A DNA stretch of 56,071 nucleotides from Octopus bimaculoides (lineage: Eukaryota). Under the pieces are notes generated by a model that worked only from the letters and a program-made list of their open reading frames with translations, did no database searches and was not told the origin of the DNA. Positions 1 through 11,004 of this stretch are shown here, in pieces (within the stretch, counting starts at the first letter, position 1; the number at the start of each line of letters is the position of its first letter). The position numbers were made by a program, and so were the translations under genes. The stretch spans positions 45,812,470-45,868,540 of the forward strand of contig NC_069000.1 of the NCBI RefSeq assembly GCF_001194135.2. Direction: 5' to 3'.

Positions 1-31
<31 letters not shown>

Positions 32-91
32 ACACACACACACACACACACATACACATATCTACATACGCACGAACACACACATACACAC

Positions 92-124
<33 letters not shown>

Positions 125-227
125 TGTATATATATACATGTGTATATACAGAGACAATGTGTTCCACTTTCGACAGTGGTGATCATTAATCCCATTACAA
201 TTAGTCTTATACGCAATCTCAAATTAA

Positions 228-328
<101 letters not shown>

Positions 329-780
329 CTGCGCGCGTGTGTGTGTATAAACAATTAGATCGCTCTAACGCAACTGCTAACGAGTAATTCAGTACTAGCT
401 GTTGCATGACCGGGTCGTCGGTGGCTAAACCGGCAACCACGCCAAACTTGATGGGTGAAGGAGAGGATTTTTGGACAACTTGAGGAATAGCAAACAAGAC
501 GTATCAAAATGCGGAAGAACTCCGGAGGACCTGTGGACATCCAATACAGTCAAAAAAAGATGGTACTCACCAGTCGTAATGAGGACAATCTATCTGGTAG
601 AAGGAAACCGTTCCGCAAGAAATTGCAAAAAGCTGATACTATTTTGCACAGAAAAATTGAGCTGAAGACGTTGTAATTTTGTCTATAGACATCTAACAAA
701 TAAATAAACAAACAAACAAACAAATAAATAAATAAATAAATAAATGAAGAAGAAGAAGAAGAAGAAGAAGAAGAGGAATC

Positions 781-1205
781 TAGGATTTCCCAATCCAAAC
801 GGATCAGGTGCTAGAGCATAACAGACCGGATCTAGTGTTGGTCACAAGATGCACCACGTGTGTTATATAGTTGTTGTTGCATTCCCCTTTGACCGACGAA
901 TAGTCAAGAAGGAAGGCGAAAAGATAGATAAATACAACCGTCTTAAGTACGAAAACGAAGAAGGTGAAGATTGTTGTTGGGTCCTTGGGGGACAGTATCA
1001 GAAGGCATCAAGAGGAATATAAAGGAAATTGGAATCGAGTGCCCAGTAGAACTGTTAGAAAAGGTTTGCCTCCTTGGCACGACCAGAATAATCCGGAAAG
1101 TATTAGAGAGCTGAAAAAGACGGATACCGAGGTACCGTAGGCTGCAGGTAGTACGGCCGCTACGCGTGCAAGGCTCCAGAAGTTCAAACAAAGCCTGAGA
1201 TTTAG

Positions 1206-1257
<52 letters not shown>

Positions 1258-1358
1258 GCACATACCCAAGGCACACAGAGCTGCGCTCGGTAGTGAAGTG
1301 AAAGCACGTTATAAAAATAAAACTACTGAACAATAATAATAATAATAATAATAATAAT
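781..1358 (+). mobile_element. Degenerate 3' fragment of an R4/Dong-type (restriction-like endonuclease) non-LTR retrotransposon
   Basis: Manual translation with frameshifts: DFPIQTDQVLEHNRPDLVLV / VAFPFDRRIVKKEGEKIDKYNRL / KIVVGSLG / TVSEGIKRNIKEIGIECPVELLEKVCLLGTTRIIRKVLES* (TGA 1112-1114). This matches the recalled RLE C-terminus (NRPD...KxxKY...LGTxRIxRKVL). Followed by a 3' UTR and (TAA)n. Confidence 0.8.
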
Positions 1359-1393
1359 TATAGTAATAATAGTACATGTATATATTTGTATGC

Positions 1394-1441
<48 letters not shown>

Positions 1442-1713
1442 TACAACAACTAATCTAAAACTGCTTTGTGCCCTCTCCTTTTTTTCTTCCATCGCTACTG
1501 CAACATTCTCCACAATTGTTCACACACGGAAACACAACAACCACGTTGCCACATTCAAAAGCACCTTCTCAATGAAAAAAGTTTAATCTTAGTCCACTGA
1601 CATCTGTTTTACTACTTTTAAGTAAATATTCTCTCAGATAAACATTAAAGCACAAATATATATATTCTTTGTTTTTTGTTTTTTTTTATATTTTCAGTAA
1701 ATTCATTCTCGAA

Positions 1714-1963
1714 ATGTCCACCCAACCATTAAAATCTGAAACAGATGTCGAAGATGTAGAAATCTGTCAGAAACGACCAGTGGTACCAGATGGAGGTTGG
1801 GGGTGGATCGTCTGCTTTGCTGCAGCTTGTACTTGTTTTACAGTAAATGGACTGACAAGCTCTACTGGAATATTCCTTATCGGCCTCAGAAGAATCTTTG
1901 ATGACCCAGTCTCGAAGCTGTCCTTAATCGGTGCACTGATAACCGGGCTTAGCATGCTTGCAG
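1714..1963 (+). CDS. SLC16/monocarboxylate transporter family gene, coding exon 1
   Basis: MSTQPL...VPDGGWGWIVCFAAACTCFTVNGLTSSTGIF carries the SLC16 TM1 signature PDGGWGW. Upstream acceptor ttttcag at 1697; donor G|GTAAC at 1964 (phase 1). Confidence 0.93.
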
Positions 1964-2659
1964 GTAACAATAAATATTTTCTCTTACATTGATTTAATCT
2001 TTTACATTGAAATATTATCTTTTCTTTCTCTGATTTCAACTATTGGTTTATTATTATGCTGGCGGCACCGCCTTCAAGTTTTTTGGGGTTTTTTTTTTTT
2101 TTTTCTCAATTATACCGATTCCACGACACATTTCAGTCTGGTATATTTTATCGATGTCGCACAATTACGAAGCATAATTGGACACTCAACCTATTTTGTT
2201 TCTGTTTAATCCTGTATAAACATATATCCGGGAACACGCGTGCGCGCAAATATGTAGTGGAGACTTTTGGACATTTCCTATCTACCAAATTTGGCTCATA
2301 ACTTATTGGTCAAACCAAGACTATAGTAGACACTTTCTTAAGGTGCCACCTTGTGAAATCAAACACTGGACAACGTTGTTGCGTAGCAAACGTCTTTCCC
2401 ACAGTTAATCTTGCACCTGTCAATGAATTCGATTTTTAAGCATGTCATTTCAGACACTTAAAAAATCTGTCATTTCATCCGATGTTTTTGTTCAAGACAA
2501 ACCACCCATGACTTAATGAAAATCATCGATAAGATTTGAACCCCAAATCATCCAACAAACAACATCACCTGACCCTCTTAGCTCTACTGATTGTTCTTTA
2601 TCGTACTGCATTTTCGACTCCAACGGTAGCGTGGTTGCGAAATTGTGAGAAAATATGTT

Positions 2660-2760
2660 TTACAGAAATTCGTTCCGGCCGTTTGCGTTCTCAGTTATAA
2701 TCCCGTCGCGGACAACTTTACCTTTCAACCCTCAAATCTCCATAAAATAAAGGACCGTTC
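2660..2760 (+). mobile_element. SINE family D, degenerate partial copy
   Basis: Similar by eye to the gttctgagttcaaat...gactttgcctttcatcc core of the other D copies. Confidence 0.5.
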
Positions 2761-2856
2761 AAATACAGAGAACGACAGCATCGACTCCTCCTCTTCCGCC
2801 TCCCTTCAAAATGTCTCGCCTTCTGCCTGAATCATCAACCATTCTTCTATTTTCAG

Positions 2857-3000
2857 CTCCAGTTGCCAGAGTTCTGTTGAATTACTTTAGCCATCGGACA
2901 GCGATGATATTATCCGGCTTTATTGGATGCATAGGGGCTATATTGGGAGCATTTTCTACCAGTAGTGATATGATGATAATAACATATGGTTTCATATCAG
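2857..3000 (+). CDS. SLC16 gene, coding exon 2
   Basis: Acceptor tttcag| at 2856. Reads (A)PVARVLLNYFSHRTAMILSGFIGCIGAILGAFSTSSDMMIITYGFIS(G). Donor GTAAGA at 3001. 144 nt, phase 1-1. Confidence 0.92.
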
Positions 3001-3079
3001 GTAAGACATCGCCTTACTTCCTAAAATAACTATTTTATGTGATATTACATTTCTTATAACACCCTAAAATAAATTTAAT

Positions 3080-3294
3080 GTGGTTTCAAATTTAAGCACA
3101 AGGCAGCAATTGCAAGGATAGGGGTAAGTCGGTTACATCGACCCCAGCACACAACTGGTACTTATTTTATCGACATCGAAATGATGAAAGACAAAGTGGA
3201 CCAAGGGAGCATTTGAACTGAGAACGTAGACACAGACGAAATGTTGCTAAGCATTTTGCTCGGCGTGCTAACGATTCTGCCAACCCACCGACTT
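3080..3294 (-). mobile_element. SINE family D (tRNA-related head plus shared core; CORE-SINE-like)
   Basis: The reverse complement matches the window-wide consensus ggcagaatcgttagcacgccg...gttctgagttcaaat...gtcgataaa..aagtaccagtt...ggggtcgatgtaatcgac. Confidence 0.8.
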
Positions 3295-3962
3295 AAATTC
3301 AAAGCACATATTGATAACTGGAAATAGCCTCCTAGAAAAGGACCGATGCCACATAATCCCAAATCATTTCCAATGAGTAACCCCACAGGAAACTGCCTTA
3401 TCAGTTGGTGTATACACTCGCATCTTCATCCCCAGTTTCATGGCCGTTACCCCAGTTGTGTCCCTTACAGAATCTAAATAAAGCTATGGAACAACCTTTA
3501 CAACACAGCTTCCTCAGTCACAATCCACAACCAAAAGAAAACTAATTAATTCTTCAAATTACTCTACGATTAATTGGACACCTATATTTTTATTTAGCAT
3601 AAGGAACCAATGTTTTCGCAGTCTAAGTTTCCCAGAAGTTATTTGGTTGTATTTTAAATGTCTTTTTGCCAAGATCGTTCATGCATAAACTGTTCAATAT
3701 TTCTCTCTTGTGATATTTTTTTTATATTAAATTTTGTTTTTGTATTTGGTTTGCAAGATTCTTTGTGTGAACTCGTGAGATGACACCTATTTTGTTGTAT
3801 CCCAGGAGAGTCAGTGCGTGTGTTATTATTGGCATAATGACCCTCTTGAGGTACAATAAAGATCTGTGTGCTATTTAGTAAAGTTGCTTTCCAAACAAAA
3901 GTGATGGATATATCATCTTACAAAACTAAATTCTTACACAAAAAAATTCCATAATTTTGCAG

Positions 3963-4235
3963 GTTTATCCACCGGAATATCTTTTTTCGCCTGTCATATC
4001 ATTACGGGGCTGTATTTTGATAAGAAACGAGCGTTGGCCATCGGAATTATCAACTGTGGTGGAGGGGTGGGGTTAATGGTAATGAGCTTGTTTCTTGAGC
4101 ATTTCATAGAATTCTATGGACTTCGAGGTTCCTTGCTTCTTATATCGGGGCTGCTCCTTAATTTCGTCGTTTACGGATCGCTTTGCCGACCTTTGCCCTC
4201 TACCTACACAGATGCTAAGGAGACGGCATATGTTG
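3963..4235 (+). CDS. SLC16 gene, coding exon 3
   Basis: Acceptor ttttgcag|. Reads GLSTGISFFACHIITGLYFDKKRALAIGIINCGGGVGL...GLRGSLLLISGLLLNFVVYGSLCRPLP, with the SLC16 YFxKxRxLAxG motif. Donor GTGAGT at 4236. Confidence 0.93.
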
Positions 4236-4493
4236 GTGAGTATATTTATGTTTGACGTTATATTCTCTAATATATAATGAAAAGAAGCAGATAAGAAACA
4301 ATTTGAGGTTGAGCAATACGATTAAGCATAAAAGAATTATCAAAACCTGTCCTGCTGTTTTCTAATGTTCACTTTTCTTTATCCTGTATGTGTGTATGTT
4401 ATAAGGAAGAAAAACATGTAATAATTGAAGTAGAAAAAGGTCAATTTCATACATGAACTTCTGTTTGTTTATTATATGCTTATTATATGATAT

Positions 4494-4868
4494 GTGGAGG
4501 TGCAATGGCCCAGCGATTAGGGCAGCGGACTCGCAGTCATAGGATCGCAGTTTCGATTCCCAGACCGGGCGTTATGGGTGTTTATTGAGTGAAAACACCT
4601 AAAAAGCTCCACGAGGATCCGGCAGGGGATTGGTGGCGAACCCTGCTGTACTCTTTCACCACAACTTTCTCTCACTCTTTCTTCCTGTTTCAGTTGTGCC
4701 TGTATTTCAAAGGGGCCAGCCTTGTCACACTGTGTCACACTGAATACCCCCGAGAACTACGTTAAGGGTACACGTGTCTGTGGAGTGCTCAGCCACTTGC
4801 ACGTTAATTTCACGAGCAGGCTGTTCCGTTGAACCCTCGACGCCGTAAGCGACAGAGTGCCAACACCA
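4494..4868 (+). mobile_element. tRNA-derived SINE family A, full length, with 10-bp TSD
   Basis: A-box-like tggcccagcg and B-box-like gtttcgattcc. Closely similar to 17260-17648. TSD tatatgatat at 4484-4493 and 4869-4878. Confidence 0.9.
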
Positions 4869-4986
4869 TATATGATATAATAAGTGTGTGTATGTATGTT
4901 TGCATGCATGTATGTTCACTTTGATAGGTATATGTATAACTACATGTATAAATAAGGTTTAATATAAAACTTTGAATTTTTATCAG

Positions 4987-5114
4987 ACTCGACTAACCCC
5001 AGTTTAGCGATGGAACTTACGTCTGCAATACCAGAATCTGAATACGGAGAAAACGCAAAAACGAAAGTAAAACTGAACGGGGTTTCGGGTATATCTAATG
5101 AAAATCAGAATACG
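4987..5114 (+). CDS. SLC16 gene, coding exon 4 (central cytoplasmic loop)
   Basis: Acceptor tttttatcag| at 4986. Open in the expected phase (DSTNPSLAMELTSAIPESEYGENAKTKVKLNGVSGISNENQNT). Donor GTGAGT at 5115 (phase 0). Not in the ORF track. Confidence 0.8.
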
Positions 5115-5147
5115 GTGAGTTAAAGAATAATTACATGTCTCTTAATT

Positions 5148-5212
<65 letters not shown>

Positions 5213-5343
5213 GCAATGTAAAGAGTTACATATATAACTGTCGGTCACATAAATAGTAATTTAGACACTACAATTAAACATTTAATTATATAAATGTCAC
5301 ATAGAGTATATATATATTATACAAGCATCGATTTAGATACACA

Positions 5344-5547
5344 TCGTCATTATCATCATCATCGTTTAACGTCTGTTTTCCATGTTGGCATGGGTTGGAC
5401 GGTTTGACTGAGGTCTGGAAAGCCAGTGGCTGCACCAGGCTCCAATCTGATCTGGCAATGTTTCTACAGCTGGATGCCCTTCCTAACACCAACCACACGA
5501 GAGTGTAGTGGGTGCTTTTTATGTGCTACCGGCACAGGAGCCAGTCA
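5344..5547 (-). mobile_element. RTE-type 3' tail repeat (family E)
   Basis: Reverse complement of ...aggaagggcatccagctgtagaaac...ccatgccaacatggaaaacagacgttaaac(gat)n; at least 7 copies in the window. Confidence 0.8.
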
Positions 5548-5930
5548 AATAAATTAAATGAAGCAGATTGGATCTTAAAATGGATTATGCTTTTATTTCA
5601 TATTTTCAGACAATTGTTTCTGACACAAGGACCAAGATTTCCATAAAACGGACATCATATCCGTCCTCGTTTTTGTATACATTCGCTGCTTTCTTCCAAG
5701 GAATATAATGCCCTTAGCTTAGTTTTTTTTCTTGGAGATGGCCAGATTGGAGCAATCTCGAGTATAATCAGCCGAAATTGCGAAGATAATCTGGTACTCG
5801 ACTGAGGAAAGAAAAATTCGAATGACTCGTCCATGTTTTCTTTGTATCGTCTATTTTGATGTTTTGTTGTCCCATTTTTGTATCACCTAACTGTCCGGAT
5901 GTTTTGCGTTCTTGTCTCATTTTGTATCTT

Positions 5931-5963
<33 letters not shown>

Positions 5964-6351
5964 NNNNNNNNNNNNNNNNNNNNNNNNNNNNNNNNNNNNN
6001 NNNNNNNNNNNNNNNNNNNNNNNNNNNNNNNNNNNNNNNNNNNNNNNNNNNNNNNNNNNNNNNNNNNNNNNNNNNNNNNNNNNNNNNNNNNNNNNNNNNN
6101 NNNNNNNNNNNNNNNNNNNNNNNNNNNNNNNNNNNNNNNNNNNNNNNNNNNNNNNNNNNNNNNNNNNNNNNNNNNNNNNNNNNNNNNNNNNNNNNNNNNN
6201 NNNNNNNNNNNNNNNNNNNNNNNNNNNNNNNNNNNNNNNNNNNNNNNNNNNNNNNNNNNNNNNNNNNNNNNNNNNNNNNNNNNNNNNNNNNNNNNNNNNN
6301 NNNNNNNNNNNNNNNNNNNNNNNNNNNNNNNNNNNNNNNNNNNNNNNNNNN
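5964..6351. other. Assembly gap inside SLC16 intron 4
   Basis: N run flanked by (TA)n; it could hide a small exon. Confidence 0.99.
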
Positions 6352-6392
6352 TATATATAAAATTAATCTGAAATAACCTCTGTTAATTTTAG

Positions 6393-6568
6393 GAGAGTCT
6401 TCCAGTAGCAGCAGCAGATAATAACTTCATTAATGATGTGTCCATTGTAAAGAACCAGAAAGGCGACAGAAATTCCATCATGGAAACTATGTTCAACTGT
6501 AATTGGTGCTGAACGTTTTAGAAATATTAATTTTGTGTTACTGACGATGTCCTACACTTTTTGGGTGT
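6393..6568 (+). CDS. SLC16 gene, coding exon 5 (end of loop and TM7); 5' boundary uncertain (6393 with frameshift, or 6463)
   Basis: The frame starting at 6481 reads WKLCSTVIGAERFRNINFVLLTMSYTFWV, like the SLC16 pre-TM7 'LFxNxxF' segment. Donor GTGAGT at 6569 (phase 1) joins exon 6 as Phe. The best acceptor (ttttag| 6392) is one base out of frame with this. Confidence 0.7.
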
Positions 6569-6677
6569 GTGAGTAGCTACAACATTGCTAATTAAAATAT
6601 CTGTATTTCGAGGTTCCGCAATTACTGACATGAAAGTCTACCAATAATGCACACAAGGAAAACAAACACATATAGAC

Positions 6678-6737
<60 letters not shown>

Positions 6738-7885
6738 CTTACTGTTCCGTTTAAGGTACAATCAGCAAAAGCGTATTCCATCCAGTGAGAAATAAATATC
6801 ATATAATGTACACAGTATTTAACATGAACTATTAATAGTTTCATGCCATGGAGACACGATAAATTCGTAGATTTTATATATATATATGGTATTTTTAGGC
6901 TTTAATGTTCGCGTGTTTCAATGTGTTGGCAGCCCCCTAACCTCAGAATTTGTTTCTTGAGTTGGTGAATTACTTTCATTTTTTAAAGCTTATTGTAAAA
7001 TCAACGACTTTATCAACAGGGAAGAAACACTTCGCAATTAACGCAGCGTCACCAAATGAAGCCGTCACAAGGTCTTCATTAGCAGCGAAAAGCACTTGAA
7101 AAAATAGAAGGGAATTAGAGAAGGTTGTGCTTTTTACTGAACAAGTCATTGAGATTAAGTGTGTAGAATATAGGACAGACATTAAGGCTTTCCTTGGTGG
7201 TCTTGGAAGCGGTTATAGGACACAAATTCCTGATTCAGAGTGGGGAGTGGTGGTGGGTTTTTTTTTTTTTTTTTTTTGCATATTCGTAATCTCCGACATC
7301 TAAAACCTTTTTTTAAAAAAATGCATTTTTCAAAGCGAGGTGCGAAACTGCATTAGCCCCAAGGGTACACGTGTCTGTGGAGCACCCAGCCACTAATTCC
7401 ACGAACTGGCTGTTCCGTGAATCGGATCTGCTGGAACACTAGTCATAACCGACTGAGAGCCAACTATTGAGTTTTGCATCGTACGTGGTCCTCGACGCAG
7501 TAAACTGAGCCCTTTGCTAGAAAGTAGTAAAAAAAAATTGAGTTCCCTGATAACATGCTAAATGTTATTTCCTTTCATAAAGGTAAGGGTCGAATTTAGT
7601 TGTCTTAGACTAAGAATTATCTGTAACCTTCGGGATCAATAGTGGCCCCCAAACAGGTCTAAGCCTTGGTTCTTGGATTTTTTGGTTATGCATGTTTTTG
7701 CATTCAAAGACTTGCACAAAGCAGTCAAATTTATTTCTAAACTATACTTGTGTATTGAGCATTCGTTCTCTTTGTTCGATATTAGCGTATATATATGTAT
7801 GTACTTTTAATGTTTTGTTTTTCTTTTATCTATGTGCATATATACGTGTGTATGTGTGTACATATGTTTCTTTATTATATTTCAG

Positions 7886-8158
7886 TTGCCATGACAACGT
7901 ACACATATATTCCACCTCTGTGTGTTTGGACGTTTGGAATGAGCCAAAAGCAAGCTGCGATTTTGATATCACTTCTAGGACTATTAACAACCATTGGTAA
8001 TGTGATACTCGGAGTGTTTGTCGACCTGTTTCATATTAGTAGCAACAAGATGTACATCTTGTCTATGTCGATAATCACAATTTGTGTGACGATGGTGCCA
8101 CACTGTGACAAGTTCGAATACATCACTCCTGTGATTTGCCTGTTTGGACTCGCAAATG
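7886..8158 (+). CDS. SLC16 gene, coding exon 6 (TM7-TM10)
   Basis: Acceptor atttcag| at 7885. Reads AMTTYTYIPPLCVWTFGMSQKQAAILISLLGLLTTIGNVILGVFVD...LFGLAN(G). Donor GTAGGT at 8159. Confidence 0.92.
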
Positions 8159-8489
8159 GTAGGTTTGAGGGATCGGCTTTTATTATTCTTTATTTATTGT
8201 ATTCACCAAAAGTGAGTTCTCACAGAAACTCAACTAGGAAATATTTTTCGTACCCGGTGTTAATGTCGAAAGTTGAATGTAGGACATGAACGTGGGACAT
8301 GAACGTGCGGATGAGTGAAGGAGCCCTAGAAGTTTCTAAATAAAGTTAAATATCTTATAAAGTTGTTGTTGTTGATGATGATGATGGTGTTGCTATTAAT
8401 ACGAGTGTCACATTACGACGCTACAGCTTATTCAATAGACGCAAGTATAACCGAGTGATTATTACGGAGACATTCTTTGTTCATTGCAG

Positions 8490-8615
8490 GTTTTTCGGTA
8501 TCCCTCCGACTTATCCTCACTACAGAAATATCGGGTTTAGATCACGCGACAAAAGATTACAGCATTCTAAGTTTCGTCAGTGGAATTTCATATTTTGCTG
8601 CTCCTCCTCTCTTCG
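8490..8615 (+). CDS. SLC16 gene, coding exon 7
   Basis: Acceptor cattgcag| at 8489. Reads GFSVSLRLILTTEISGLDHATKDYSILSFVSGISYFAAPPLF(G). Donor GTAAGT at 8616. Confidence 0.92.
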
Positions 8616-9101
8616 GTAAGTTCATTAATGTTATTATTGAATTCATTTTGGTAAATTAAGAATAGAACCGAACCGACAAAATATGGCCTTAGACGGCGAT
8701 CATGTTTTCCATACTGAACGAGTGAGGAATATTAGAAAATATTTTTTCTGAGAAGTAAATTACAAGTCAGTTTACATTTATAAGATAGATGTAGGAGTAT
8801 CGAGTAATATGTAAATAAGTTATGTAACGGTGTATCTCGAAGCGAAAGCAGCTGTAACGTTAGCTAGGGGTATAGAAGATTAAAAATAATATAACTTAAA
8901 ATTTGATGCTTAAATTTAAATTATTTTTCACTTATTGTAACTAACAGAGAAGATATAAACAGTTTAAATAAAGAGTAATTAGGCTTTTTCCAATTAATAT
9001 TTTAAAGATTTGATGAGATAGAGTAACATCAATTTTTGTAAACGAAATATAAAATAATTTACAATTTAACAAATGAAGTTTTTTTTTTTTTTTAATTTCA
9101 G

Positions 9102-9235
9102 GACTGATTTTCGACACTACAAAATCATTTCTGGCAGTTTACTATGGTGGTGGAGCATGCGCACTGACTGGTTTAATATTATTTTTGATAATTGTCTATC
9201 GAAATATATTTTGCAAGAAACGGTTGAGGAAGTAA
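9102..9235 (+). CDS. SLC16 gene, terminal coding exon 8
   Basis: Long poly-T tract then ttcag| at 9101. Reads GLIFDTTKSFLAVYYGGGACALTGLILFLIIVYRNIFCKKRLRK*, TAA at 9233-9235. Matches the SLC16 GxLxDxTxSY/TM12 pattern. Confidence 0.92.
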
Positions 9236-10483
9236 ACTCTGGTTTCCAAAATGTTTTTATTACTATTGTTTAGTGTTTGCATTTCGTAAATTAATTACAG
9301 AAGATCGAGGGCCATCTGAGGCATATTCGTCACTGAGAAGATCAAATGTCGTCAAAACGTCGCTGTCTGATGATCCGCCAACGACATTCTAAACGAACTC
9401 TGTTCTTTTTAAGACGTAAGTTTTGTCTGAAACAAAATATTATAGCTAATGTCGTTATACGTTTATATATACGTTATAAATATTATTCGTTCGTTATTTT
9501 AATGATATAAGCAAGAAAATGTTTGCTACAACGAGAGCGTTTCAGTGTGTTCACTACACATGCTAAAAATAGCTAACAAACATTCCTTGAAAAAGATTTT
9601 CAGTTTTATGGCATGAAAAAAATGTTTTAAAACATCAACATTGCTTTTGTATAATCCCCGTTCCTTCCACAAATATTTGATGTCAATTTAGGGGTCATCT
9701 ACGAATTTTTCTGTCAATAGATATTAAACATACAAAATATGAAATTCGCTACAACAATGGTTTCTGTTTTCTACATTCCAACGTGAAACAGCAAGAGTGA
9801 ACCCCGTTCCTTTAGACATTGTCGGTTCTTCCCCTTTGGATTGGTTGGTTGATTGCTTATCGCATGGTTCCCCAAATAAATACAAAGAGGAATCATTAAA
9901 GGTTTGTAGGTAGGTGGTACTCCGTTATGCAAACACAATATACTATGAAATATACTAAATGGCTTCATAAGTCAGTACCACGTTTTCTTGCGTCAGCAGC
10001 GCTTGCTACATCGTTTTGTTACGGTTATTTCTACATACATTGTACAGAACTTAGAGCCAGCACTGATTTTTGCTACAACGTTTCATATCGAGACGTCACA
10101 TGTGAACAAACAATGAGATCGGAGAAATAAGTGGGTAATGAGTGTATATGCCATATATCTGGAGTTGTCGCCCCTTCATCAGCAGCCACGTAACCCATCT
10201 ATAGTTTCTACTGAATATCTGTAGAAACAACCTTAGAAATAAGAAAAAAGAATATTTGGCTTTTGGTATTGTGAGAAAGAGAGGCTTTTGCCGCCGCTGT
10301 GAGTCCCCATGAATCTAGTCTGCGGTGGTCAGGATATGCGTGTGTGTGTAGGTATATATATATATATATACACACACACACATACACACATGTACATACA
10401 TACAGACATGCATATATGTACATACACGCACATAGATATATGCGTATAGATACAAATATATGTATATGCATGAATATATATTT

Positions 10484-10524
<41 letters not shown>

Positions 10525-10725
10525 TACACAGACAGACAGATATTTGTGACGTTGCTAGGGATCTCAGCGCCCGGGATCGAACACACTTTCTTTGGTGTCC
10601 TGCACCTTGAATGAAACGCATGAAATTTCATGCTCTTTCACACCTGGGCCAAGAAGTCCCTATTACCAACTCCGACCCCTTCCTGTAGCGCATTTATTAG
10701 ATATGCATTTATATTTGTAAAGTAA

Positions 10726-10890
10726 CAGAATCGTTAGCTAAGTCGGACAAAATGCTTAGCGGTGTTTCTTCCGGTTGTTCTTTACGTTTTAATTTCAAAT
10801 TACTTCGTGGTCGACTTTGCTTTTCATTCCTTCAGGGTCGCTAACGTAAAGTACCGAATGAGCGCTGTGGTCGATATAAACGACTTCCCC
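10726..10890 (+). mobile_element. SINE family D, partial
   Basis: cagaatcgttagc...aaatgcttagcgg...gtcgactttgcttttcattcc. Confidence 0.7.
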
Positions 10891-11004
10891 GCTCTGCTAA
10901 AATTCCTGGCTGTGTGTCCATATTTGAAACCGTTATTTCATTTTATATTATTCAGTTGTGTATTACCGTTTTATGCAGGGCACATTAAAAACAATTAAAA
11001 TGAA

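Noticed and set aside
4494-4570. tRNA gene calls for SINE heads (also 15201, 20770, 49700-49765)
   Set aside because: The A/B boxes are present but cloverleaf stems are broken, and each continues into a repeat body.
5725-5790. Hammerhead-like tggagatggc...cagccgaaatt
   Set aside because: CUGANGA is absent and there is no convincing stem I or cleavage triplet.
6970-7200. KGIREGCAF peptide resembling an RT motif
   Set aside because: Too short, surrounded by stops, and without other RT motifs.
10150-10190. CTGATGAAGGGG on the minus strand
   Set aside because: No downstream GAAAC or closing stem II.
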